DNA of 64,000 nucleotides from Hemiscyllium ocellatum. Taxonomy: Eukaryota. The DNA is taken from the NCBI RefSeq assembly GCF_020745735.1, contig NC_083412.1:66616320-66680319 (forward strand), given 5' to 3'. This document shows, in pieces, positions 24,691 through 38,899 of this stretch. The notes below the pieces were generated by a model. The model did no database searches, was not told the DNA's origin, and saw nothing but the letters and a program-made list of their open reading frames with translations. Each line of letters begins with the position of its first letter. The stretch's first letter is position 1. The translations under genes were made by a program, and so were the position numbers.

Positions 24691-25295
24691 CACTTTTTTG
24701 ATGGTATTGTTCATCACTCCCTTTAAAAATTGCCAGTTATAGATCTGATTTTTATTTTTTAGTATATAGATCTGATTTTTGAAGGCACAGCCCGAACCAG
24801 CTTCAGGGGAGTTGGGTTGTCTAACCCCTCCTTAAATTTACTCACTGTCTCAGCATCCACCGCACTTTGAGATAGTGAATTCCACAAAACTCACAACCCT
24901 TTGGGAGAAGTAAATTCTCCTCAGCGCTGTTTTAAATTTGCTACCCCTTATCCTAAGATTATGACCTCTTGTCCTAGAATGCTTTCTCAACATTCACTGT
25001 GAAACCCATCTATTCTCAAAGCATCATTTCAAATACGGGCAAGGAAGTCTCCTACTATTTACCACCTACTGCACACCCCACCGGCCTGACTGAAAAGTTT
25101 GTAGTCTTGGTGTTGAACATCATTTGGAGGAAGCACTGAATGTGGCAAAAGTGCAGAATATACCCTGGGTAGAGGGTTTAAAGGTACATCACCAAGAGTA
25201 ACTCAACAGCACCACTACTGACTGAGCTGGTCAAGACCTAGAGGTAAGAGCTGCCTGACCAGATCATTGTCAAGTGGTGAGAGAACCAACAAGAG

Positions 25296-27050
25296 TGACA
25301 TAACGGTGAAGAGGGGTGAGTTAGAGTCTCTTGGTGTTTGACCCACTCCCTCTTTTAGTTGCAACAACATTTATTTAAAATGTATCCCTTCGCTTGTGGT
25401 ACCTCACTCCCAAACCCAAATTAACTTATGATTTAAAAGGAACTGATTTAACCAGACTTGCTTGAATTGGAAACAAAAGTGAATTTATCAATTATTAAAT
25501 GTGAAAAAAATAGTAACACGACACAAACTCATATAAGTAAGATGTGAGCCGTGAGTTCAAGAAGATCAAAGTTAGAGTAACATATGGATCAGTTTCTGAA
25601 TTATTTGTGAAGACCAGATTATTGAACTCTGCTGCTGTCGTAGCCCATGTTACTGATGGTGACATTGATAGTTAAACAGTCAGTTGAGACCTGTAGCCTT
25701 GTAGACTGACTGAAACTCATTTAACCTGATTGCTTTTTGCAGTTCTGGGCTAGCAACACTTAGAGTAAGGGAGAGCCTTCATTTTTCTTTCATTCATCTG
25801 CAGTGCAGACATGTTTAAACGACTGGTTTCAGAGCCATGAACCTCACTGTATACACTGGGGCCTCAGACTACTGGACTCAGGTCAAAGCTTATTTTTAAC
25901 CTTTATCCTTGTGTATTAGAACGTAGAACATAGAACAATACAGCACAGAACAGGCCCTTCGGCCCATGATGTTGTGCCGAACATCTATCCTAGATTAAGC
26001 ACCCATCCATGTACCTATCCAATTGCCGCTTAAAGGTCGCCAATGATTCTGACTCTACCACTCCCACGGGCAGCGCATTCCATGCCCCCACCACTCTCTG
26101 GGTAAAGAACCCACCCCTGACATCTCCCCTATACCTTCCACCCTTCACCTTAAATTTATGTCCCCTTGTAGCACTCTGTTGTACCTGGGGAAAATGTTTC
26201 TGACTGTCTACTCTATCTATTCCTCTGATCATCTTATAAACCTCTATCAAATTACCCCTCATCCTTCACCGTTCCAACGAGAAAAGGCCAAGAACTCTCA
26301 ACCTATCCTCGTACGATCTATTCTCCATTCCAGGCAACATCCTGGTAAATCTTCTCTGCACCCTCTCCAAAGCTTCCACATCTTTCCTAAAGTGAGGCAA
26401 CCAGAACTGCACACAGTACTCCAAATGTGGCCTAACCAAGGTCCTGTACAGCTGCAACATCACTTCACGACTCTTGAATTCAATCCCTCTGCTAATGAAC
26501 GCTAATACACCATAGGCCTTCTTACAAGCTCTATCCACCTGAGTGGCAACTTTCAAAGATCTATGTACATAGACCCCAAGATCCCTCTGTTCCTCCACCT
26601 GACTAAGAACCCTACCGTTAACCCTGTATTCCACATTCTTATTTGTTCTTCCAAAATGGACAACCTCACACTTGGCAGGGTTGAACTTCATCTGCCACTC
26701 CTCAGCCCAGCTCTGCATCATATCTAAGTCCCTTTGCAGCGTACAACAGCCCTCTTCACTGTCCACAACTACACCAATCTTCGTATCATCTGCAAGCTGC
26801 AAGTATCATTCTTGAAAGTTAGGAAAATACGAACATGTCTCTATGTATCTACTTCTTTTAAAACCCTCAGGTGTATTCTATCAGGTCACAACAGCTTGTC
26901 AGCCTTTAGGCCACCTTTCCTACCTTTAGCTCAGACCTTGCACCGGTAGTGTGACTGATTTACACCAAAGCAATACCAAGCCTATAAGGCCCGAGACCCC
27001 AAAAGGGAAAAGAACGAAGAAATAAAAGACTTTTAAAAATTATCATGTCA
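25296..27050. mobile_element. Solo-LTR-like or MITE-like segment with TGACAT...ATGTCA termini, interrupted by CR1
   Basis: Terminal inverted match TGACATAA / TGACATGA (7 of 8); no TSD seen. Confidence 0.3.
25917..26795 (-). mobile_element. Young 5'-truncated CR1/HER1 LINE
   Basis: ORFs 26266-26802 and 25990-26262 are one RT frame (ADDTKIGVVVDS...) broken by a single TGA in CGG-TGA-AGG; (TAGAACA)n tail. Confidence 0.92.
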
Positions 27051-27089
27051 TTGTCCGCTCACATCTTTTCCTCTTATCCCCTTGTTCAA

Positions 27090-27860
27090 AGTCTATTATT
27101 TCAGCAAGTTCAAAAATTCTTTTACTTTATCTGCTGAGTTGTAGACAGCTCCTAGGTACTGCTAGGTACATCAGAGAATATTGAATGTTTAAATCTCTTA
27201 ATTTTTTCTTTACATAATCAAAAGTCTTTCTTTTCTTAATTATGACCCCAGAAAAGTCACGAAAAAACATTATCCTCGAGCCTTTACAAACCAAAGCCTG
27301 TGGATCTCCTCCCAGTCTTCTGACTGTTCCTATTATTAACTGCTTTTCTTTATAGTGCTGGAGTCACACGAGGACCAGGCGGGGGTGCTGATCTGGCCCA
27401 GACCTGTGCATCGTGATCCAATGGGTCTGCTCCACACTCACCCGGGTTGACTCAATCTCCAGCCCCAGCATCTCCAGAACCCACTTCCGGAGAAATTCAA
27501 AAGAGTTTTCACTCTCATCATGTTCCAGAAGACTCATAACACAAGAGTTTTTTCTCTGACCTCGGCTTTCGAGGTCATCTACTTGTTTCAGCAGGACCCT
27601 TCCAAGGGTCAGACACGCCTCTCAAAGTTCTCCATTGTGGCCTCCGAGACCGCAGTCCTTTGTTCCCCCACTTCTATGCGCCAATCCAGAACCCAGATCT
27701 CCTTCTCATGCTTTGTCAATCTGACAGTAATCGGCTCCAGCACTCTTTCAAGTTTTTTCACGGGGTTTTTCAAACTCCGTGAGTAAGTACTGCTGCTCCA
27801 CTGAACTTAAAGGCACCACCATGGGAGTTGAAGCAGTGGCTGACGCATGCCCAGCATAGT
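27090..27860 (-). mobile_element. L1/Tx1-type LINE ORF1 remnant
   Basis: Minus frames read QVDDLESRGQRKNSCVMSLLE...FLRKW and GSRIMFFRDFS...KKRKTFDYVKKKLRDLNIQYS, an L1 ORF1p RRM/CTD pattern. Confidence 0.7.
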
Positions 27861-28329
27861 AGGGGAGTGCTCTGCCTGCTACGCTAGCTCCCTTTCCTTT
27901 AAATGTCTTCATTTCAACCCCAGAACCTCCAAATCCTAATGTAAAGGAGGTCTAGGTGCTCTACCTACTTTCAACTACAAATTTTCCTCAGGGGTGACTA
28001 CTATGGGGAGGTGTAGGAGCCCCCCTTGCCTGGGGTATGGCACAGAGCCCAACACAGCAGACTGTCAGATTGCCACCATATTGAATCTCCAGTAGTGTGA
28101 CTGCAGAAACCTTTAGTAAGGTAGATTCCTCTGAAGGTAGGTCCTTAGGCTGAGATACCATTGAGATCCCTCAAAGCAAATAATGACAAGTGATTCACAT
28201 TTCACAGACAAAGGCTATCATGAAATAACTTGCAACTTGCAGGGACTCAGATGGTTGTGGCCATGATTCCTTCAGAAGACAAGTTCTGTTACCCACCCTC
28301 TCCCACTGAATTGTCAACACAAAGGGACA

Positions 28330-29870
28330 ATAAAACTCATTTCCCTCATATGGGAGAGCATGCCAAGGGATCTCCAAGACAGCATCATTATGGGCTTCTT
28401 CAGGAGAAAAGACATGACAATTTGCACTAAATACAGTGTGCTGTCTGCTACATAAAGGTTTAATGCAAAAAAGATCCTCAAATGCTTCCTCTCAATGGCT
28501 GAAAAGCTCCAGCAATGACACAGTGTGAATCCCATTCAGCAAGAGGCACAGTGAACATAATCTTCATGATTTGTCATCGAGCCAAATCCAGGAAAATTGC
28601 GGAGAATAGCAGCAACTCCTATGCATGGCTTTCACAAATCTCAAAAAGGCCTTTGACACTATCAAGAAAGAGGAACTATAAAACATCCTTCTCAAAATTG
28701 GCTCTACAGAAATTTATCAATATCCCTTGCCTGCTGCGTAATGGCATGCAAACCATGATCGTCATCAATGGATCGCTTACAGACTGAGTCCCTGGGCAAA
28801 CTGGGCTCAAGGAAAACTGTCTCATTGCACCAACTCTCTTCTCAATCTTCCTGGCCAGAATAGTCCACCCCAAATTCATTAGTCTTCCTGCTGGTATAGA
28901 CTTAATTTACAGGGCAAGCAGAAAACTGCTCAACCTGCATCACATCCATAACCAAGAATTCCCCACCATGTGTTGTCAAGCTTCAATGCTTATGTATGCA
29001 AGTGCAGAGGTCAAATCCAAATGATCATCAATGCATGCACTGAATGGACCTTAGGCTAAGTGTCCAAAAGACAAAGGTCCTCTACCACTCTGCTGTCACC
29101 ACATAATACTGTCCCCTGACCATCAAGATCCACTGCAAGCCAAAGGACAATGTGAGTCAATTCCCAGACCTCGGGAGACTCTTATGAGAGATATTTTTGA
29201 TGATGAGTTTCAACATGCCTCCAGTGTGCCTTGGGCTATCTGAGGAAAAGTGTTTAAGAACAAGGACCTGATACCAAGCAGATGTTTGACAGGGCAGTGG
29301 TATCACCTAACCTCCTTATATGCATTGGAGATATGCGCAATGTACAGCAGGCATTTCAAATCCCTTAAAAACTGAATACCTCTGTAAAATCCTGCAAATC
29401 CACTGGAAGGACAAGAGCTTCAAAATCATCGCCCTCTCCAGACCAACATCCCTCAGTATCAAGGCTGTGTTGAGTGGTCCTCAATGTCCATGGACCTGAC
29501 ACAAGACTACTCAATGTTTCATCACGGCAAGAGGTATAAGGAGGTGAAACAAAATCCTTTAAGGACATTCCGAAGGCCTCCCAGAAAACATGTGACATTC
29601 CCATTCACAAGTGGAAATCTGCGCAAAATCTGGAGAAGAACTATTTGTGAAGGAGACAACCATATTGGGCATTTCCAACAGTCCCAAATGGGAGCCATGT
29701 ACAAACAGCAGAACAGGCAAGGGGAAAACCAAGCATCTGAAACACTTTGCACGTCAGCAAACACCACCTAGCCCATCGGTGACATTGCCTGTGGTTTCTG
29801 TTTAGTCAGAAACTGCAAAAGCCAGAGTGGAAGAAAGTCATCCTTCATCCTGAGGGACTGCCTAAGGGGA
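28330..29870 (+). mobile_element. RTE-clade LINE remnant
   Basis: QIQENCGE*QQLLCMAFTNLKKAFDTIKKEEL*NILLKIG and TLFSIFLA; RTE-type 3' end catcctgagggactgcctaag. Confidence 0.75.
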
Positions 29871-30800
29871 CCAGCAAGAAGACTTGCCAATACAGTTATT
29901 CCTCTTATTTGGACAACACTTAATCACAGTATAAAGCTAAGGAAGATTGAAAATGGAAAAAAAACATTCTATCAAAGGTAGCTCAAGAGTTAGCTTGGAC
30001 ACCAAGATCATAAATCTGAAAGTTCCTCAGGACATGATCCCAGAAGTTGTACCATAATATTTGAGATGTTCATTTACTGACTCTTGTTAAGGACTCAGGG
30101 GGATGCCACTCAACAGCAAAGACCAGACCAGTGCAAGTCTCACTTTGCATGTGTCTTTGACATATACCAGGTTTTGCAGAGGCAATTGATCAGCTTGTTC
30201 ATTTTCCCTGAGCCCAGGCATAGTTCTCCCTTCAGACCTTAAGCAAGACTTTGCTTACAGGGGAAGGTTAATAAATTAATCAGGGTCTAGACAACTACTG
30301 GCACTTATGAAACTGTATCTGCAAGAATTGTCACTTTTTTTAGCAAAAGATCAACAGAAGCATCTGGAGGTCAATTAAAACAGGATACACATGATGCATT
30401 ATGGTGGCAAGAATGTGGAGAATATAGTTATGAATATTCGTAAAATATGGTTATAATTTCAGAGTTTGGAAGAAAAATGGATTCTGATTTTCAGTTCTGT
30501 GAAGGTCTCATTTTTTATAAAGTCATTTTGAACATTGAACATTAAACAGAATTTTAAAAAGTTATGTGACTTCAGCTAAATTACCAGCAAGCTATCTGGG
30601 AGATAATTGCTAAGGTATTTGCTGATTTGAGTTTTATGACTAATAAATAGAGAAGCTGAAAGCAGTTTTGTTCTGGGAGAAGAGGTCCATAATGGCAGAG
30701 GCTGTGTCAAAAGCAGTCTCCAAGCAAGAGGAACAAAATCTTGAGTTGCTTAGAAGTAAGAGGGAAGAAATCTTTAGAATTATAAAGCAGTTTGTGTTGT

Positions 30801-30818
30801 GGGGGGGGGGGGGGGGGG
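30801..30818 (+). repeat. G18 homopolymer
   Basis: Counted directly from the sequence. Confidence 0.9.
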
Positions 30819-33149
30819 CAGGTATTGGTGTCAGAGAGGAAGGCATCCTATCGGATTGTTGATGACGTGAGTTTAGGGAACTCACATTAAGCAATAGTGA
30901 ACTGAATTAGCTAAGGAGAGACATTAATTGAAGAAAATAGCATCTCCTGAATGCACAAGATTTGCTTTTAGGAAACCCATTACAGCTATGCCAGCTGAGC
31001 AAGATGTTTTAACGTTAAGAGAAAGGATGACTTTTCATTAAGGTTTCAATGCCTGTAAGGTTATTTGCTGGAATAAAATAAATGAAACCACTTTTGATAT
31101 TTGTAATGAAGTCATTCCAATAATTCTTGCCAGTTTGTGTATTATCCTTGTGTATAAACTGGTAAATTATTTTATGAAAGGTACATTGGTGATCTCTCAT
31201 GAATATGTTCAGTGACTGACTTCTAAGGTATATAAAACAAAAATCAAATTTGTGGTCTATCAAACAAGGTTTCATTCTGGAATCTAAACTGTCCATTAAT
31301 GCCATTAGTTGAGACCATAGCAATATGAAATAGCAAAAAATGCTGATTTAAAAAAGCATGTGTATTAAAAGTCATGGCAGACATAGAATAATTTGATATA
31401 TGATGAATAAAACAGCAAAATTAAATGTATCAGTTTTGAAAAAAAATCAATAATCAGGAAGGCTGTGATTTGAAAATGTTTAAAACTTCGTATATGACCT
31501 TTAAGAACAGTAAATGTGAATTAGAAGTAAAAATATTTGGGTGCAGATGTTTCCGGCATTATCAGCAGTGGTCAGAAAAACACATCTAGATGCTAACCAA
31601 ACTGGTGGTGACCTTTCAGATTATCCACAATTCTAATTGAAGTAATTTGTCTTTGAAAATGTTCATAAACAAATAAAATATCATGCCAAGCTGCCTGTTT
31701 CAAGAAGTCACGCCATCCTTAACCAAAAAGGTCATGAGTTTATTTATGCATGAAATTTTAAAAATATTAAATTGCAAACAACCAAACATGATAAACTGTG
31801 TTTATTTTATCAAGAACTGCATCAAGACTTCTGCCTCCAGAAGGTAGCTTAATTAAATCATCAAACGTGAAGTTTCTGTTGTGCTGGAGGACTTGTCACA
31901 CTGCAATAGCGTTTGGTGCACAAGGATAGTTTAGACAATGCCATTAAAGATGAACTGTACTGAGAAAGAAAGGTGATAAAAGAGTGATACAACACTCTTT
32001 TTCTCATTAAGTTCCTTCCCTGTCTTTAGTTTACAAAATGCTATGGTTTGATTTGTGCCACAATTCCGAGAGATATCGCTTGTTCACGACATTGTTAAAG
32101 TGTAGAGGGTCCCATCAGGCAGCTGGAAATAGCTGCCTTTTCCAGGAAGGACCACTGAACTACATGTCAATCAGGCAGTGGCAATGCCACCAGCTGGCTT
32201 TCCCTGGAATCGAGTCCCCAAGGCGTAGGTTCAACACAGCGAGTGCTGCTGGTCAACAGTAAGTAATCCAGCAAGTCTCGCACTCAGTGATGTCACAGTA
32301 AAGTCTGTAGCTGATGGTGGAAGAGTGCCCCTGGACTCCCAGAACTGCAAAGGATCAGAATAGAGATGTTTTTTTCTTGGATGGATGAGTGAATAGCATT
32401 CTCAGGTTGGGGTCTGTGTAAAGAGGTCAATGGTAGAATTGGAAGCACGGATAGGGCGTGATTCCCAATGGTCATCCTCACACACAATGCTCAATCTCTC
32501 CATTAGATACTGGCTGCATTTGATTCTGCTATAAGGAACACCATATAGTGACAGGTCTGTCAGTAGCTGGCTGAATCCCAGTAGCACAGGGCTGAGGCCC
32601 TTAAGTGGCCCTTCATTTGTCACTTAAGAGTTTCAATTGGCAGCAGGTCAAAGGGTCTTCCTGCCCAGTATCTAGTTCTTGTGGAACTGAGACAGTGGCA
32701 AGGTTTGAGTAGACCACCAACATGGGTAATATTAGGTGCCGTCTTTACCTCCAAGCTCCCCACCTCTGGGAGCAGAGGATTCCTCCTTGAGTATTTGCAA
32801 GCGACATGACTATATTAAACATCAAAGGAATCAAATTGTTACTCACTAGCACTACCTTGCACATTTTTATCAAAAATGACTGGATGATTATCAGGGTCAG
32901 AGCTTTGGTTAATTTTCCTCTTCTTAACTTTGAGTTATTGAAGCTAATGGTAATGCTGTTCTGACTATAGGTCATCTAGTACAGGATGGGGATCGGACTT
33001 GGTAATGCCTTGCTTCATAGTTCAGTTGACAGTCTCACTGAGCTTTCACAGGAAGGTGCCATATTGTGAAAACACTGTAAAATTGTTATGCTTCCTGCAT
33101 AACAGGGTCTATATTCCATTGATTGTAAAGTACTTTCTGACGCTCAGAG

Positions 33150-34860
33150 GGCATAGGAACATAGGAATTAGACGCTCTTCAAGCTCACATAATCATGGCT
33201 AATCTTATTCTGGTCTCAACTCACTTTTCAGCCTGGTCCCCATAATTTTTATCCACTTTAAAATCAGCAACATATCAATTTCTTTCCTGAATCAATCAAT
33301 TGATTCCACCTCCACTGCACTCTGGGGCAGTGGGTTCCACAGATTCACAACCCTCTGGGAGAAGTAGTTTCTCCTCACCTCAATTTTTGACCTATCTCCT
33401 CTCACTCTATATCTATCACATATTGTTTGAGGCTATCTCACAAGCGGGAGCATCTAATCAACTTCCACCTTAACATGCCACCATATCCTTCCTCAAGTAT
33501 GGAGATCAAACCTGGGCACAATACTCCAGGTGTGGTCTCACCAATGTTTATATAATTGCAACAACACATCTTTACTTTTATAATTCAGTTCTTTTGCAAT
33601 AAATGCCAGAATTCTAATAGCCTTTCTTAATATTTGCTGTACCTGCATACCCACTCTCTGCAATTCAGGCACAAAGATGCCCAGATCCCTCTGCACTGAC
33701 ACACTTTGAATTTGCTTCCTATTTAAATAATAATTTTTCCTTGTATTTTTCCAGCTGAAATGGACAGCATAACACTTATCTTCATTAAACTCCATCTGCC
33801 AGATTCTGAACCATTCTCATAGCCTATTGGTGTCCATCTGTAAGCTCTTTATCTCCTCATCGCTGCATGCTTTCCCACCTGTTTTGATATCGTCCATGAC
33901 TTTTGCTATGCCACACTCTTTCCCTGCTTGCAGATCATTTATGCAGGTTATAAATAGTTGGAGCCTGAGAACTGAACCCTGGAGCACTCCGCTTGTCTAG
34001 ACAGCACCATCCAGAAAAGGTCTCATTTATCCCGACCCTGTGCTTGCTGTCAGTTAGCCAATCCTCTACCTAAGCTAAGCGACTACCCTTAACACCCTTC
34101 CGCCCCGGCAATCTAGTCTTCTGGATCAGTCTTATACCTTGTTAAATGCTTTCTGGAAGTTTAGATATACTACATCCACTGGATCCCCATTATCCAAGAT
34201 CGCCAGCAAACTTGTCAAGAATGACAATCCCTTTATGAAACCAAGCTGACACTGATGAAGTGAGGTTTGTTTTGCCAAGTGTTCAGTTATCTCCTCCTTT
34301 ATGGTTGACTCAATAATAAGGGTATCCAATTAGTTTGTTTCCAATCCATTGCTATCTTTTCAGAATTCAGGGAGTTTTAGAAAGCCATAAGTACATCCAC
34401 TATCTTTGCTGCCACCTCCTCTAATACCCTCAGGTGCAGGCGATTAGATAGCAGGAATTTATCTGCCCTTAATACCATCAATTTACTTATATACTTGTTC
34501 CTAGTTTTAGTAATTGCACCAAGTTCCTCTGTAATAATTGCAGTTTGGGGGGGAAAAAAGCTATCTTCCACTGTGAAAACAGAGGCAGAATATTGGTTTA
34601 GTGCCTCTGCTATTTTTGAGTTTCCCACTAGTACCTCACCGGTTTTGTCCTCTAAAGAGCCAATGTTTACTTTCATTATTCTCTTCCTTTTGATGTACTT
34701 ATAGAAGCTTTTGATATCAGTACTGCTAGTTTCCTTTTGTAGCTCATCTTAGCTCTTTTGATGTATTTAGTTACCCTTTGCTGACATTTAGAGTTCTCCC
34801 AATCCTCCAGGCTGCTTCTAACTTTTGCAGTATGATATACCATGGTTTTTGCTTATAAGA
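33150..34860 (-). mobile_element. CR1 LINE RT and 3' UTR, decayed
   Basis: ORFs at 33538, 34132 (GFIKGLSFLTSLL...VDVVYLNFQKAFNKV) and 34377. Confidence 0.85.
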
Positions 34861-35184
34861 CATTATCTAAATGCAAATCATTCCTTTCTTCTTAACAATG
34901 TTCATTGTAAAGATATTGCAACATATTTTCATGGTTACTGATGTCCAGAACTTTAACATTCATTTTGGCATTTGTCGTGCTGTGACCCAGTTGAATTAGA
35001 CAGAAACTAAGCTAAGAAGGCAAGAAGAATGAAAGACTTACTCTATGTTCTCCAGTTACTGCACATCTTGTAAATAGACATGGAGTGTTCATTTGGAAAA
35101 CGAACAAAGATCCTTTGATAAGATGCTTATTTCTCAAGTTTTCAATGATTTTGCTTCACATTTCCAGAATTTTAAACAAGAAAT

Positions 35185-35491
35185 GGGTGGCATGGTGGCA
35201 CAGTGGTTAGCACTGCTGCCTCACAGCTCCAGAGACCTGGGTTCAATTCCCGACTCAGGCGACTGACTGTGTGGAGTTTGCACGTTCTCCCCGTGTCTGC
35301 GTGGGTTTCCTCCAGGTGCTCCGGTTTCCTCCCACAATCCAAAGATGTGCGGGTTAGGTGAATTGGCCATGCTAAATTGCCCGTAGTGTTAGGCAAGGGG
35401 TAAATGTAGGGGTATGGGTGGGTTGCGCTTCGGGGGTCAGTGTGGACTTGTTGGGCCGAAGGGCCTGTTTCCACACTGTAAGTAATCTAAT
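35185..35491 (+). mobile_element. HE1 V-SINE, young full-length copy
   Basis: Near-identical reverse complement of the 2546-2822 copy plus an intact head. Confidence 0.9.
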
Positions 35492-36865
35492 ATCATTCCT
35501 GGGGTGTGGATATCAATAGTGAGGTTGGTATTTTTTGCCCACCCGTATTACTGTTGAAGTGTCGGATAGCCATTGCTTTAAACCATTGCTGATAATATGA
35601 TGTAAATATAACCATTGGTAAATAAGAAATTTCAGAATTTTGCCCTAGCAATGAATAGAATGGAATAGAATAGAATATCCTTTATTGTCAGGTGTACTGG
35701 AGTACAGTGAAATGTTTTACAATGTCACCTCTTATGGTGTCATCTTAGGTACAAGTACCCCAGTACAAACCTTAAACTCAAAAGAAGCATAAAAAGAAAA
35801 TTAGTTAAATTACTTTACAGTGTTTAAAGAACAAGTTAGAAATAAGACATAGGTGAAGGATTGACATTACAGTCAGATAAATAAATTACATATAAAAATT
35901 ACATTGCAGTATCTCAGTGCAGGGGTTTCCACATGAAGTCTAATGGCCCGAGCCAGACCCACACCAAGAACTGTTCCAAGCTGGGAGGCAAGATACTTGG
36001 ATCAGGTGCATGTCCTAGACATAGCCAACATTTTCTGGATCACTACTTTTCAATTCTCACACTATTGCTTCAACTATGTTTGCACCATCTCTCCTCCTGG
36101 CAGGCTCAAAGGGCCAAATGGCTTACTCCTATGCCTAAGTCCTATTTTTTGACAGATATGTTGTCTGAATTATCTTAAGTACTAAGCGCTGATACAACGA
36201 ATGTTTCAAGTTCAAGCATAACCCTATGGCTCTAAGCTTTCTTTTTGCCTGATAGGATCCAATCCACCTCATCCTGTATGCTTAATTTTTATATGCCGAT
36301 GGAAGATTTTGGATTTCCTTTTACATTGATTGCTGTTTCTGTTCTTAATTTTTTGTTTGCCCATCCTCAGTCTTTAAATAATGTATCACTTCCTTTAAGA
36401 TCACCTACTGTTCCACCAGAGGTTTCCTTATCATCTGATTCAATTTTATCCTGGTTCAATCCTTGCTCAACACATTGAAATTAACACTCTTTCATTTTAG
36501 GAGTAATGTACATATTGGTCCTAGCTATTATCCAATACTAATCTAAACCTTATAATATGATGAACATTCTTAACCAACGTTCCCCCACAGACACATGGTT
36601 CACTTAGTCCTCCCCATTTTCCAACACCAGATGCCACAAAGCTTCATTTCTAGTTAGACCAAGAAAAATTATCAAGAAATTTCTGTTGAACATATTTCAG
36701 AAATGTGGTCTGTTAGTCTTTTTTTTAACATTTTCCAAATTAAAATTTGGATAATTGAAGTCCCAAAGTATCATCACACCACACTTCTTGCATGTTTCTG
36801 ATATTTCCTTGAATATTTATTCTTCTATCTCTCTTACTATGTGGAGGCTTATAGAATACTCCAAG

Positions 36866-38190
36866 TAGAACATAGAACATTACAGCGCAGTTCAGGCCCT
36901 TTGGCCCTCAACGTTGCGCCAACCTGTGAAACCAATCTGAAGCCTATCTATCCTACACTATTCCATTTTCATCCATATGTTTTTCCAATGACCATTTAAA
37001 TGGCCTTAACATTGGTGAGTCTACTACTGTTACAGGCAACGCATTCCACGCCTCTGCTACTCTCTGAGTAAGGAAATTACTTCAGAATTCTGCCCTATAT
37101 CTATCACCCCTCATTTTAAAGCTTACTCTCCTTGAGGTAATTCATCAACATCTAAGGAAAAAAGTTCTCACTATCCACCCTATCTAACCCTCTAATTATC
37201 TTATATGTCTCAATTAAGTCACCTCTCAACCTTCTTCTCTCTAATGAAGACAGCCTCAGGTTCCTCAGCCTTTCCTCATAAGGTCTTCCCTTCATAGCAA
37301 ACAAATCCTGGTAAACCTTCTGTGAACCCTTTTCCAAAACTTCCACATCCTTCATATAATGTGGTGACCAGAACTGTATGCAATACTCCAACTGTGGCCG
37401 CATCAGTTTTGTAAGCTGCAACATGACCTGGTGACTCCAAAACTCAATCCCTCTTCCAATAAAAGCTAACACACCACATGCCTTCTTAACAACCCTATCA
37501 ACCTGAGTGGCAACTTTCATGGATCTATACATGTGGACACTGGGATCTCTCTGCTCATCTACACTGCCAAGAATTTTACCATTAGCCCAGTACTCTTTAT
37601 TCCCATTGTTCCTTCCAAAGTGAATCATCTCACATGTTTCCACATTAAACTTCATTTGCCACCTCTCAGCCCAGCTCTGCAGCTTATCTATGGCTCTCTG
37701 TAACCTTCGACATTCTTTGACACTATCCATAACTCCATCAACCTTAGTGCCTTTCACAAATTTACCAACCCATCCTTTTATGCCCTCATCTAGGTCACTT
37801 ATAAGAATGACAAAAAGCAATGGACCCAAAACAGATCCTTGTGGGACACCACTATTAACTGAACTCCAGGATGAACATTTCCTAACAACCACCACCCTCT
37901 GACTTCTTTCAGCTCGTCAATTTCTGATCCAAACCGCTAAATCGCCCTCAATCCCATGCCTCTGTATTTTGTGCCTACCGTGCGGAACCTTATCAAACAC
38001 CTTACTGAAATCCATATACACCACATCAATTTCTTTACCCTCATCCACCTGTTTGGTCGCCATCTCAAAGAACTCAATAAGGTTTGCGAGGCACGACCTA
38101 CCCTTCACAAAACCGTGTTGACCATCCCTAATCAAATTATTCCTTTCTAGATGATTATAAATCCTTTCTCTCATAACCTTTTTCACACTT
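36866..38190 (-). mobile_element. Young CR1/HER1 LINE, 5'-truncated within RT
   Basis: ORFs 37917-38186 (QHGFVKGRSCLANL...DFSKVFDKVPH) and 37152-37895 (SGVPQGSVLGPLLF); (TAGAACA)n tail. Confidence 0.92.
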
Positions 38191-38204
38191 ATTTCTTATT
38201 TCTT

Positions 38205-38841
38205 AAACTAATCTTCCAGCCACATATTTGTCTTTCCCATTTCCTGTTTATAATGAAATGCAGCAATTATTATCTTAGCGATCTTATTTCTTTCAGTTTT
38301 TATGTCTTAGCATATGGACTCCATCCTTGCCTCCCCAAGGATATCCAGTTTTCCAATACTGCCATAACTACCCTAATCATTTTCCCCTTCTTGCCTTTTC
38401 TGAACCATCAATGTCATTGTACATTAACACGCAATCCTCATAATCCTTCAGCTACAGTGCCACTACATTATACTTCCACACTGCTATTGGTGCTTTTAGC
38501 TCAGTAATCTCATTCATCACACTTTGAACATTTTTATACATGCTTTGTAATCTTGTCTTTGTATTCCTTGTAGACCCTTTTAGTTTGCTCCTGTTTAATA
38601 CTATGACCACCCTCTCTAATCCTGTTCAGCATTCTACTTTTACTTACTGGTGTCTATCTCTCTGACACATTTGTTTAAACCTTTTCCAACCTTATTAGTG
38701 AACCTCTATACAAAGATATTGTTGTGTGAAATCCATCCCTTTTGCCCTAGAATCTGAAACTAATCTTCCAGCCACATATTTGTCTTTCCCATCTCCTATT
38801 TCTAATGACATGCAGCAATTATTATCTTTGGGATCTTATTT
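38205..38841. repeat. 85-bp direct repeat pair (38205-38289 and 38757-38841)
   Basis: Both begin aaactaatcttccagccacatatttgtctttcccat and continue with few mismatches. Confidence 0.8.
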
Positions 38842-38899
38842 TAAAGTTTCATATTAGCTCCTGAAAATCTGGCCATGCCAATAGCATGCAGAGTAGAAC

